Program-made: the position numbers and the translations under genes
Notes under the pieces: generated by a model
Told to the model about the DNA's origin: nothing
The model's database searches: none
Seen by the model: the letters and a program-made list of their open reading frames with translations, nothing else
Source: an uncultured Parasphingorhabdus sp.
GTDB taxonomy: Bacteria; Pseudomonadota; Alphaproteobacteria; Sphingomonadales; Sphingomonadaceae
Direction: 5' to 3'
NCBI RefSeq assembly: GCF_963975735.1
Contig: NZ_CAXBIA010000008.1
Location: 26,525-90,524, forward strand
DNA length: 64,000 nt
Part shown: positions 27,892-36,279 of the stretch, piece after piece
Layout: each line of letters begins with the position of its first letter
Numbering within the stretch: the stretch's first letter is position 1

Positions 27892-29289
27892 CTAGAGCCG
27901 TTCAAGCCGAACCGGGAGTCCGTCTTTCGGCTGCGGGATCGGAAAAGCCTGCCATTCCGGCTCATGATCATCACCGCCCTGCAAAACGATACGGTTCTGG
28001 GTGAGCATGGCATGCATCAATATCTTGATCTGCATATAGGCAAAATGCAGGCCGAGACACATATGCGCGCCACCGCCAAATGGTACCCACGCATATTTAT
28101 GCCGTCCGGCACTATTTTCCGGTGTGAAGCGCAATGGGTCGAATTTTTCCGGATCGGGCCAGTGCTTCTCCATCTTGTGGACGAATTGCGGACTGATGCC
28201 GACATTTGTGCCGGCCGGGATCGTATAGTTGCGGAAGGTAAATTCCTTGAGCGCGCGACGCGGGATGCTCGGTACCGGCGGAATAAGGCGAAGCGACTCC
28301 TTGAACGCCATTTCGGTGAGGTCGAGCTTGCCCAATTGTTCCATGGTCAGCACCGTACCGGCCGGCGCCACCGACAGGCACTCCTCGCGCAGGCGGTCCT
28401 GCCATTCGGGATTCTTGGCCAGCAAATAGACCATGCTGGTCGCCGAAGAGGTGATCGTGTCATGGGCTGCCATCATCAGGAAGTTCATGTGGTCGACGAC
28501 CTCATCCTCGGTCAGCAGTTCGCCATTCTCATGGGTTGCCAGACAGATCTGGGTGAAGATATCCTCGCCGCCCTTGGCCCGGCGCTCCTTCACTTGCGGC
28601 GTAAAATACTCCAGCAGATATTCGCGCGCCTTCACGCCTTTCCACATCTTCGTAAACGGGATCGGCTTGCGTGCAATACCGATCGAAGCCTGGACTTCAT
28701 CGACAAATGCCTTGTTGATCTTGTCCGCTTCCGGTCCCCAGGGGATGCCGAGAATCGCGCTCGCAGCGGTATCAAGCGACAGCGATTTTATCGCCGGATA
28801 AAATTCGAATTCGGTATCGCCCCATTCGGCGACACGGTCCAATATGCCTTCGCCCAGCACCTGGCAATGATGCTTCATCGGTCCGGGCTTGAAGGCAACC
28901 GAGAGCGCCTTGCGGTCGGCTCTGTGCCGTTCGAAATCCATCAGCATCAGCCCCCGCGGGAAGAGATTGTTCAGCACCGGACCCCAGCCTTGCTCGCTAG
29001 AAAATATCTTGTCCTTGTTGAACATCACCATTTCAGTAGCATCTGCTCCGAGCAGCATGACATTCTGCTTGCCGAAACTATAGGTACGATAAACCGAGCC
29101 GTAGCGGTCGAACATATATTTCCCGAAACCGATCGGATCCTTGATCACCTTCAGCGTTGTTCCGAATATCGGGATGCCGTTTTCGCCGGGAATATGCGCC
29201 AACTGGTCTTCGCCCGGAGTCTTCACCCAATGCGGATTGGCACTTTCCTCATAGGGATATCCATGCGGTTTTGCTAAAATTGTCGCCAC
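27892..29289 (-). CDS. cytochrome P450
   Basis: 465 aa. Heme-binding loop FGGGAHMCLGLHFA (FxxGxxxCxG), ESLRL (ExxR) and AAHDTITSS (I-helix). GTG start. Confidence 0.93.
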   Translation of the reverse strand: MATILAKPHGYPYEESANPHWVKTPGEDQLAHIPGENGIPIFGTTLKVIKDPIGFGKYMFDRYGSVYRTYSFGKQNVMLLGADATEMVMFNKDKIFSSEQGWGPVLNNLFPRGLMLMDFERHRADRKALSVAFKPGPMKHHCQVLGEGILDRVAEWGDTEFEFYPAIKSLSLDTAASAILGIPWGPEADKINKAFVDEVQASIGIARKPIPFTKMWKGVKAREYLLEYFTPQVKERRAKGGEDIFTQICLATHENGELLTEDEVVDHMNFLMMAAHDTITSSATSMVYLLAKNPEWQDRLREECLSVAPAGTVLTMEQLGKLDLTEMAFKESLRLIPPVPSIPRRALKEFTFRNYTIPAGTNVGISPQFVHKMEKHWPDPEKFDPLRFTPENSAGRHKYAWVPFGGGAHMCLGLHFAYMQIKILMHAMLTQNRIVLQGGDDHEPEWQAFPIPQPKDGLPVRLERL

Positions 29290-29463
29290 GGGCCGAACTC
29301 CTGAAATAGTTTTACATGATCTTACTAGCTACTTTCATCAATGTCAGCAAGACCCTCCATTCATCGTTTATTCAATCGCAACATGATAGCCGGGACAAGA
29401 AAGACGCAGAATCGCGACCCGGCACATCTGGTGCCGTCAGGGCCGGTTTCGAGGAAAAAGATC

Positions 29464-30156
29464 ATGACGCAATTTACGATGGCCCGGGCCCTGAAGTCCG
29501 CTGTGGCAGCGGGAGCATTATTGAGTCTGGGCGGCTGCATGTATGGCGGTGCCGGCTATTATGGCGACGGCTATGTCAACAATGGCTATGATTGCGATCC
29601 CTATGCGCCGTTCGACGATTATTATGCGTGCGATTCCGGCTATGGCTTTGCCAATATCGGCTTCGGCGGTGGCTGGTATGATCAATATTATTATCCCGGC
29701 TATGGTGTCTATATCTTCGATCGCGGAGGCAGGCGCCATGCCATGCGTGACAATCACCGGCGCCACTGGGCCAGACAACGGGCCGAATATGGCGGACATC
29801 ACGTCAGAGACCGCAGTCGTAATCCGCAGCAGCGAGCCGAGCGACGCGATCGTCGTGACGGCGCGCAGGATCAACGGCGCGGCAATCGGGGCGACAATAT
29901 TGGAACGCGCAATGGCCGCGGTGATCGTCCGGCGACAACGCGACCCGACCGAAATAGCCAGGCCGCACCGAACCGCAATCGCGGTGACCGGACGGGAACA
30001 ACTGGCCGGCGGCCAGCGAGAGCGGTCGAACAGCCCCAAAGTCGGGCCGAACCCGCTGCACGGCCAGTGGAAACATCCCGGCCAGTGCGTGCAGCCCCCC
30101 CTCGCTCTTCACCGAGAACCAACCGCAACGGGCGCCTGAAGGTCAGCGACGACTAG
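29464..30156 (+). CDS. hypothetical lipoprotein, Gly/Tyr-rich then Arg-rich low-complexity
   Basis: Signal peptide + lipobox (AAGALLSLGGC), GY-rich block (YGGAGYYGDGYVNNGYD...GGGWYDQYYYPGYGVYIF), then about 150 aa of an R/D/N/P-rich tail. Start set to ATG 29464. Confidence 0.6.
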   Translation: MTQFTMARALKSAVAAGALLSLGGCMYGGAGYYGDGYVNNGYDCDPYAPFDDYYACDSGYGFANIGFGGGWYDQYYYPGYGVYIFDRGGRRHAMRDNHRRHWARQRAEYGGHHVRDRSRNPQQRAERRDRRDGAQDQRRGNRGDNIGTRNGRGDRPATTRPDRNSQAAPNRNRGDRTGTTGRRPARAVEQPQSRAEPAARPVETSRPVRAAPPRSSPRTNRNGRLKVSDD

Positions 30157-30309
30157 GTCGGGCTGACGTTCATCTGCCGACAATAGCTTGGCAAATGATT
30201 GAATTTGGCGGCTTTTTGCCGATTGTCAGGCGAATGGTTAAGACAATTGTAATCATAGTGAATAGCCTATATCCTGGGTTCCCGAGTGAAGTTTCGAGGA
30301 ATTTTGGCG

Positions 30310-31398
30310 ATGGCGACCGCATTTAGCGATATTCAACCCGATGACTACACACCGTCGGAACAGCATCCGCAGCATGGCGTCATCATTGGCGGACCGGCGG
30401 CGCGGGCAAAGCGCATCGAATATGGCATATTGCTTTCGACAATGGTGCTGGGTTCACTCGGCGCCCTTTACTGGACACTCGCCTATTCGACCGGCTGGGT
30501 AGAATGGTCTGCCTTTCTGTTCGGTTTCGCCCTGATCAACATGGGCGTCGGCATCGGCTATCACCGCTATTTCACCCACCGCGCCTTCGAAGCGGGACCG
30601 AAAATGCGTCTCGCCATGGGCATCATGGCGCAAATGGCCTGTCAGGCTTCGGTCCTGAAATGGGCAGCCGACCATCGTCGCCATCACGCTTTTTCCGACG
30701 ATGTCGGTGACGTGCACAGCCCCTATGTCGACGGCCACGGCAAGAAGATGGGCAAGCTGAAAGGGCTGGGCATCGCCCATTTCGGCTGGCTGTTCGATAA
30801 TACGACCTCCGACATGCGCGTATATGGCAAAGGCCTGATCGACGATCCGCAGGTCTTGTGGTGCCACAAGCATCGCTGGTCGATCGCAATCTTCTCGAGC
30901 ATCATCCTGCCGGCTCTCTGGGCGCTGGCCTTTGGCGGACCGGAATATATCATCGGCACGATCCTGATCGGCGGCTTCTTCCGCAATTTCTTCTTCCTGA
31001 ATTTCGTCATGGGCGTGAACAGCATCGGCCATGTTTTTGGCTCGCAGCGGTTCAAGACCAAGGACGGCTCACGGAACAACTGGTTCATGGCGTGGATGAC
31101 CTTTGGCGACGGATGGCACAACAACCATCACCAGCACCCGCGCGCGGCATCGTCGCAAGTGGCCTGGTGGGAATTCGATCTCAACGGCCAGATCATCTAT
31201 CTATGGGAAAAAATGGGTCTGGTCTGGAACGTCCAGCGCGCCCCCGCCTATATTCGCAACGAAAAGGGTGAATGGGTCCAGAAAAAAGCGAAAGTCGCAA
31301 TCCCCGGCCTGGCCGAACCGGAAGCCATGTCGGCTGACGATGGCGGCGTGATGTTCCCGGCCAAGGACAGACAGCCCCATATCGAGCCGGCTGAATAG
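30310..31398 (+). CDS. membrane fatty-acid (acyl-CoA/acyl-lipid) desaturase
   Basis: Three histidine boxes: HRYFTH, HRRHHAFSD and GDGWHNNHHQHP. Start set to ATG 30310. Confidence 0.88.
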   Translation: MATAFSDIQPDDYTPSEQHPQHGVIIGGPAARAKRIEYGILLSTMVLGSLGALYWTLAYSTGWVEWSAFLFGFALINMGVGIGYHRYFTHRAFEAGPKMRLAMGIMAQMACQASVLKWAADHRRHHAFSDDVGDVHSPYVDGHGKKMGKLKGLGIAHFGWLFDNTTSDMRVYGKGLIDDPQVLWCHKHRWSIAIFSSIILPALWALAFGGPEYIIGTILIGGFFRNFFFLNFVMGVNSIGHVFGSQRFKTKDGSRNNWFMAWMTFGDGWHNNHHQHPRAASSQVAWWEFDLNGQIIYLWEKMGLVWNVQRAPAYIRNEKGEWVQKKAKVAIPGLAEPEAMSADDGGVMFPAKDRQPHIEPAE

Positions 31399-31417
31399 CC
31401 GACAGCAAAGCGTTCGG

Positions 31418-31891
31418 CTAATGTGAGCGCAAGGTGATCGTCGCGGAGACCGCGCCATTGCCAGCCGGGCTGACGTTGAGCGCCTCGACCGCGACTCCCT
31501 CCCGTTCGATCCGTGCCAGCCAGCCGAATAATGCTGTCGGCTTGGCGGATTCGACCACCATGTTGACCCGGTTGCCTGACTGCGGAACGACGGAGCCAAC
31601 CGCGATTCCCGTCTCCCCCGCGCTCTGGCTGACGAATGCATCGATCGCGCCGCTGAACTTCACCGTCGTCCCGTCGACCGGCTGCTGAAGCGCAGCAACC
31701 TTCGACTCGATCCGCGCCTGCTGCTCGACCGCACCGACATAGCGTTCTTCGGCAGCGGTCATCGCACCGAGCACCGGTCGTGCGATGCCATAATAGCCGA
31801 CCAGTCCCGCCAACAATATGCCCGCAACCCCGACCAAGACCCGCTCCCTCTGGCTGAGCCCGGCAAACCAGTTTCTCGCATTGTCGATCAT
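31418..31891 (-). CDS. gspM: type II secretion system protein M
   Basis: 157 aa. WFAGLSQRERVLVGVAGILLAGLV, one TM helix. Position after gspL, with a 4-nt overlap. Confidence 0.75.
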   Translation of the reverse strand: MIDNARNWFAGLSQRERVLVGVAGILLAGLVGYYGIARPVLGAMTAAEERYVGAVEQQARIESKVAALQQPVDGTTVKFSGAIDAFVSQSAGETGIAVGSVVPQSGNRVNMVVESAKPTALFGWLARIEREGVAVEALNVSPAGNGAVSATITLRSH

Positions 31892-33012
31892 GGCGCCCTC
31901 ACCGTAATATCCGCTTGTGCTGACCCCGTAGCATCGGTGCGCGGGGTCGCGGTGATGAGGAAGCCCGCTTCCTGCATCGCCAGCAGGGCCGGATTGATAT
32001 CCTCGTTACGGACAGCGGACAATGTCGCCGACACGATCCCGTTCTCGCCATAAGCCATGCGGGTAATCGATACGTTCGGGACCTGTTGCAGCGCGGAATA
32101 GAGCGCCGAAGCCGGAACCGGGAACATGATATTGCCGCGGTTCTCGGCGACCAGCCGCTGGTCGAGCGCGCGTTCGGCGCTGTCCGGATTTTCCTGCTCG
32201 CCAACGAGGGGAGCGGCACTGGCAAGAGCCGCCTCGTCCGCTTCGCTCGCCGCCCACTGAAATTTCGCCAGTTGCACCAGCGGAACCGCGAGCGAGACAA
32301 CAACCAGCGCCGCCGCCATCCAGCCGAGCCGGCGCTTTTGCGTTGCGTCCATCGCCCGCCGCGTCTTTTTCGCAAACGGCCCGCTGCGAAAATTCAGATC
32401 GCATTTTTCGGAAGCACCGGCCAGCATGGCGTCAAATGCATCGCCGGTGACCGGCACAATGGCCTGATCGGCAAATAGAATCTCGCGCAGCGCCGGATCA
32501 TCGGTGGCGATAAGATTGTCCGCGCGAATGACCTGGTCGAAACCGAAATCTGCCGACACCGCCCCGTCACCGGTACCCGGCAGCAACCAGCCCGAGGGAA
32601 TGATCGCGTCCGGGTCCAGTTCCAGCGCCTGCAAGCGGACCAGCCCGGCGGACAATATATCCCGTCCGACCGACGCCGTGACGACCGCGCCTGCATCGTC
32701 CATTGTCGCGACGATGTGAAGGTTCGCGCTGTCCAGACTATTGGCTTTCGCCGTCATACTCGCAGCGGCAAGCGCCTGATTGTCGGTCACGTCGCTGATC
32801 GCTTCATGCGCCATGATCATCGTCAAATGCGATGCAATTAGAGCAACCACGCGAATATCCGCCTGCGCCTCGTCCGGACCATCGGTCTGCGAAGCAGCCC
32901 GGGGATCGGGATCGCATCCTGCCCCCTGTACCGCGCCGTCGGCGACGCGCCACCAATAGAGCGCTTCGTCATCGGCGGCCGGAAAGGCGATCAGGAGAAG
33001 ATCTGGGTTCAC
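31888..33012 (-). CDS. gspL: type II secretion system protein L
   Basis: 374 aa with a cytoplasmic domain, one TM helix (RRLGWMAAALVVVSLAVPLV) and a periplasmic domain. Call rests on position and architecture. Confidence 0.7.
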   Translation of the reverse strand: MNPDLLLIAFPAADDEALYWWRVADGAVQGAGCDPDPRAASQTDGPDEAQADIRVVALIASHLTMIMAHEAISDVTDNQALAAASMTAKANSLDSANLHIVATMDDAGAVVTASVGRDILSAGLVRLQALELDPDAIIPSGWLLPGTGDGAVSADFGFDQVIRADNLIATDDPALREILFADQAIVPVTGDAFDAMLAGASEKCDLNFRSGPFAKKTRRAMDATQKRRLGWMAAALVVVSLAVPLVQLAKFQWAASEADEAALASAAPLVGEQENPDSAERALDQRLVAENRGNIMFPVPASALYSALQQVPNVSITRMAYGENGIVSATLSAVRNEDINPALLAMQEAGFLITATPRTDATGSAQADITVRAP

Positions 33013-33024
33013 GCGCTGCTGTTC

Positions 33025-33498
33025 TTATTCGGCGTAAATATCGGCATTGTCATCTTCGCCGCCCGGCGCGCCGTCGGCGCCCAGCGAATAGAGATCAAAA
33101 CCGGGGCCCTGACGGCCGGGATTGTCATATTGATAGGGCCGCCCCCACGGATCGTCGGGCAGCTTCTTGATATAGCCGCCTTTCCGGTAGCGGGCCGTGG
33201 TCGCCAGCGATGCGGGTGGCGCGATCAGGGACTGGAGTCCGTCGGACGATCCGGGATAGGCCAGATTGTCGAGCCGGTACATTTCCAGCGCCTGACCGAG
33301 CGTCGCAATATCCGCCCGCGCCTTCTGGACCATCGCTTTATCCTGACTGGGCAATACATTGATCACGACAATCGTCGTCAGCAGGCCAAGGATGAAGATC
33401 ACCACCATCAACTCGACCAGAGTGAAGCCGTTGCGCTTTTGCTGCTTCCTGGCTTCCGGAGCCGTTTCTTCGTTCTCAATTTCAGTCGTCATGATCAT
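33025..33498 (-). CDS. gspG: type II secretion major pseudopilin
   Basis: Prepilin motif G/FTLVELMVVIFILGLL plus DKAMVQKARADIATLGQALEMYRLDNLAYP and PWGRPYQY. The leader is unusually long, about 24 aa. Confidence 0.92.
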   Translation of the reverse strand: MIMTTEIENEETAPEARKQQKRNGFTLVELMVVIFILGLLTTIVVINVLPSQDKAMVQKARADIATLGQALEMYRLDNLAYPGSSDGLQSLIAPPASLATTARYRKGGYIKKLPDDPWGRPYQYDNPGRQGPGFDLYSLGADGAPGGEDDNADIYAE

Positions 33499-33512
33499 TC
33501 CTTTTTCCGGCC

Positions 33513-34736
33513 CTATAGTCCGGCAAGATTCTGAAGCTGCAGGATCGGTAATAATATCGCCAATATCACCACCGCGACCAGCCCGCCAAGCGCCACAATG
33601 ATGATCGGCTCGAGCAAGGACAAGGCGGTTGAGCTGAAATTGTCAAATTCCCGCTCCAGATAACCCGCCGCCCGGGCCAGCATGTCGTCCAACTGTCCCG
33701 ATGCTTCGCCGCTGGAGGTCATATAGACCAGCATCGGCGGAAACACGCCGGTATTTTTGAGCGCCGTGGACAGGCTTCCGCCGCCTCTTATCGCTTCCAC
33801 CATATCTTCCGAAGCCTTGCGCAATACGCTGTTGTGGATCGTCTCGGTGGTCAGCCGCAATCCCTCGATAATCGGCAGGCGGCTGGCCACCATCGTCGAA
33901 AGGGTTCGCGCCAGACGCGCCGCATGCAGATCACGCAGCAAGCGGCCGACAAATGGCAGGCGCAGCAGGAAACCGTCAAAACGGTATTTGAGTTGCGGCT
34001 CCTTGAGCGCGCGCCAGCCGATCAGAACCATCAGTCCGATGAAAATCGCAATCGCCCACCACCAGTCGGCGAGAAAGCTGGAAATGCCGATGACGATCCT
34101 CGTGACCATCGGCAGTTGCTGATTCACGTCGTCAAACTGCTCGACCACCTTGGGCACGACCGCGATCATTAGCAGCGCGACGACAATGACCGAGACCAGA
34201 GCCAGGACCGCCGGATAGGCCAATGTGCCGATCAATTTCCCCCGCAATTCTGCCTGTCGCTCGAGCAAGTCCGCCAGCCGTTCGGTGATATCGGGCAAAG
34301 TGCCGGAGCTTTCCCCCGCAGCTATCATCGCCCGGTAGAGCGGCGGAAAGCTTTTTGGTTCGCGCCGCATCGCCTCCGACAATCGCTGCCCCTCGATCAC
34401 CCCGCCATGGACCGTCGCAATCCGTTGTTGCACATGCGGTTTCTCATTCTGATTGCCGATCAGCCGCAGCGCTTCCTCGAGCGGGCTGACCTGCACCAGC
34501 GACGATAATTGACGGGTGAATAATGTGAGTTCTTTTGTTGTCAGCTTTTTTGGACCGAACAGGCCGGCAGATTCCTTGCCCTGCTTGCCTGATTTGCCCT
34601 GCGCCGCTTCCATCTTGACGACATAGAAATTGCGCTCGGTCAGCTTCGCCCGAGCGGCATCATCGCTGGCCGCAGTCAGCCGCCCGGTCTTTTCCCGCCC
34701 CTTGGGGTCAATGGCGCTATAGGCATATTCAGGCAT
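33513..34736 (-). CDS. gspF: type II secretion system inner-membrane platform protein F
   Basis: The duplicated GspF domain pattern begins MPEYAYSAIDPKGREKTG. Start set to ATG 34736, which overlaps the gspE end by 8 nt. The track's 49-codon upstream extension is rejected. Confidence 0.9.
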   Translation of the reverse strand: MPEYAYSAIDPKGREKTGRLTAASDDAARAKLTERNFYVVKMEAAQGKSGKQGKESAGLFGPKKLTTKELTLFTRQLSSLVQVSPLEEALRLIGNQNEKPHVQQRIATVHGGVIEGQRLSEAMRREPKSFPPLYRAMIAAGESSGTLPDITERLADLLERQAELRGKLIGTLAYPAVLALVSVIVVALLMIAVVPKVVEQFDDVNQQLPMVTRIVIGISSFLADWWWAIAIFIGLMVLIGWRALKEPQLKYRFDGFLLRLPFVGRLLRDLHAARLARTLSTMVASRLPIIEGLRLTTETIHNSVLRKASEDMVEAIRGGGSLSTALKNTGVFPPMLVYMTSSGEASGQLDDMLARAAGYLEREFDNFSSTALSLLEPIIIVALGGLVAVVILAILLPILQLQNLAGL

Positions 34737-36279
34737 CGACCGCTTCGCTCTCGCGCCGGGAGATACGGATAGCCTCTTCAGCCGTTGTGAGCCCTTCGCG
34801 GACAAGCGCTCGCGCGGCGACACCCAGATGCGGCTGGTTGCGGAAGGCATGGGCACTGATTGCGGCCTCGTCGCCGCCGTCATTGATCAGCTTGCGAAGC
34901 TTGTCGTCGATGCGGATCGCCTCGAACACGCCGATACGCCCCTGAAAGCCGGTCTGGTTGCAATGTTCGCAACCGGTCTCGCGATAGACCACCGTGCCGT
35001 CGTCAAAACCGAGCAGCGAGGCCAGACTGCCATCGACCTCTATCGGTGTGCGACAATGTTCGCACAGTTTTCGCACCAGTCTTTGGGCGATGACCGCGCG
35101 CAAAGTCGAGGCGAGCAGAAACGGTTCCACCTTCATGTCGCGCATTCTGGTGATCGCACCGACCGCATCATTGGTGTGCACGGTGGAAAGCACCAGATGG
35201 CCGGTGAGGCTCGCCTGCACCGCAATTTCGGCGGTCTCGCGGTCGCGTATCTCGCCGATCATCACGACATCGGGATCTTGCCTGAGGATGGCGCGCAGGC
35301 CCGCAGCGAAGGTGAGACCGACCTTGGCATTCACCTGCGTCTGGCCAATGCCCTCGATCGCATATTCAACCGGGTCCTCGACCGTCAGGATATTGCGGCT
35401 GCCGTCATTGAGTTGCTTGAGCCCGGCATAAAGCGTGGTGGTCTTGCCCGATCCGGTGGGGCCGGTGACCAGGATGATACCATTGGGTTCGCTGAGCGCA
35501 TCAGTCAGGATCGCGTGGGTGCTTGGCGACATGCCGAGCAGATCGAGCGAGATGCCCGCGCTTTCCTTGTCGAGAATCCGCATCACCACCCGTTCGCTGG
35601 CACGGTTGGGCAAGGTCGAGACACGCACATCGAGAAGCTTGCCGCCGAGTGTCAGGCTGATCCGGCCATCCTGCGGTATCCGGCGCTCGGCTATATCGAG
35701 CCGCGCCATCACCTTGATCCGGTTGACGATCACGCCTGCGACATGCGGCGGCATACGCAGTTTCTCGGTCAGCACACCATCGACCCGCATCCGCACCACC
35801 AACCCGGTCTCATAGGGTTCGATATGAATATCCGAAGCGCCTTGGCGCGCCGCCTCTGCGATAATCCCGTTGATCAGCCGGATCGTCGGCGCATCATCGG
35901 CACTGTCGAGCAAATCTTCTGCGCTCGGAATATCCCCGGCAATATCGTCCAGACCCTCGCCCGCCAGCGCCATATCACCGGCCATGGCGGCGGCAGAGCC
36001 ATCCATCGCATAATGGGCGCTGAGCAGCTTCTCGAACGCCGGACCATCAACCAGCTCGACATCAAAGGGCAGCGCCAGATAGCGGCGCACCTCGAGCAGG
36101 GCAGACGGATCGGAACCCTCGCGCATCGCCAGCGACAGCCGTTCACCGCTGCGCTCCTGGATCAGCAGACCATGATCGCGGGCATAGGAATAAGGCAGGT
36201 CTTTGACGGCTGCCGACATCACAAGTCCGCCATCCGCTTCGGAGACCACCGTTTCTGTTCCCCGAGCGATCTTCATCAT
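34729..36279 (-). CDS. gspE: type II secretion ATPase
   Basis: VTGPTGSGKTTTLY (Walker A), ILTVEDPVE, VMIGEIRD, LTGHLVLSTVHTN and a CxxC..CxxC tetracysteine. The start overlaps the gspD stop (ATGA). Confidence 0.95.
   Translation of the reverse strand: MMKIARGTETVVSEADGGLVMSAAVKDLPYSYARDHGLLIQERSGERLSLAMREGSDPSALLEVRRYLALPFDVELVDGPAFEKLLSAHYAMDGSAAAMAGDMALAGEGLDDIAGDIPSAEDLLDSADDAPTIRLINGIIAEAARQGASDIHIEPYETGLVVRMRVDGVLTEKLRMPPHVAGVIVNRIKVMARLDIAERRIPQDGRISLTLGGKLLDVRVSTLPNRASERVVMRILDKESAGISLDLLGMSPSTHAILTDALSEPNGIILVTGPTGSGKTTTLYAGLKQLNDGSRNILTVEDPVEYAIEGIGQTQVNAKVGLTFAAGLRAILRQDPDVVMIGEIRDRETAEIAVQASLTGHLVLSTVHTNDAVGAITRMRDMKVEPFLLASTLRAVIAQRLVRKLCEHCRTPIEVDGSLASLLGFDDGTVVYRETGCEHCNQTGFQGRIGVFEAIRIDDKLRKLINDGGDEAAISAHAFRNQPHLGVAARALVREGLTTAEEAIRISRRESEAVDA

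Noticed and set aside
33513-34883. Long version of gspF (456 aa) overlapping gspE by 155 nt
   Set aside because: The conserved GspF N-terminus begins at MPEYAYSAID (ATG 34736). The upstream 49 codons lie inside the gspE coding sequence.
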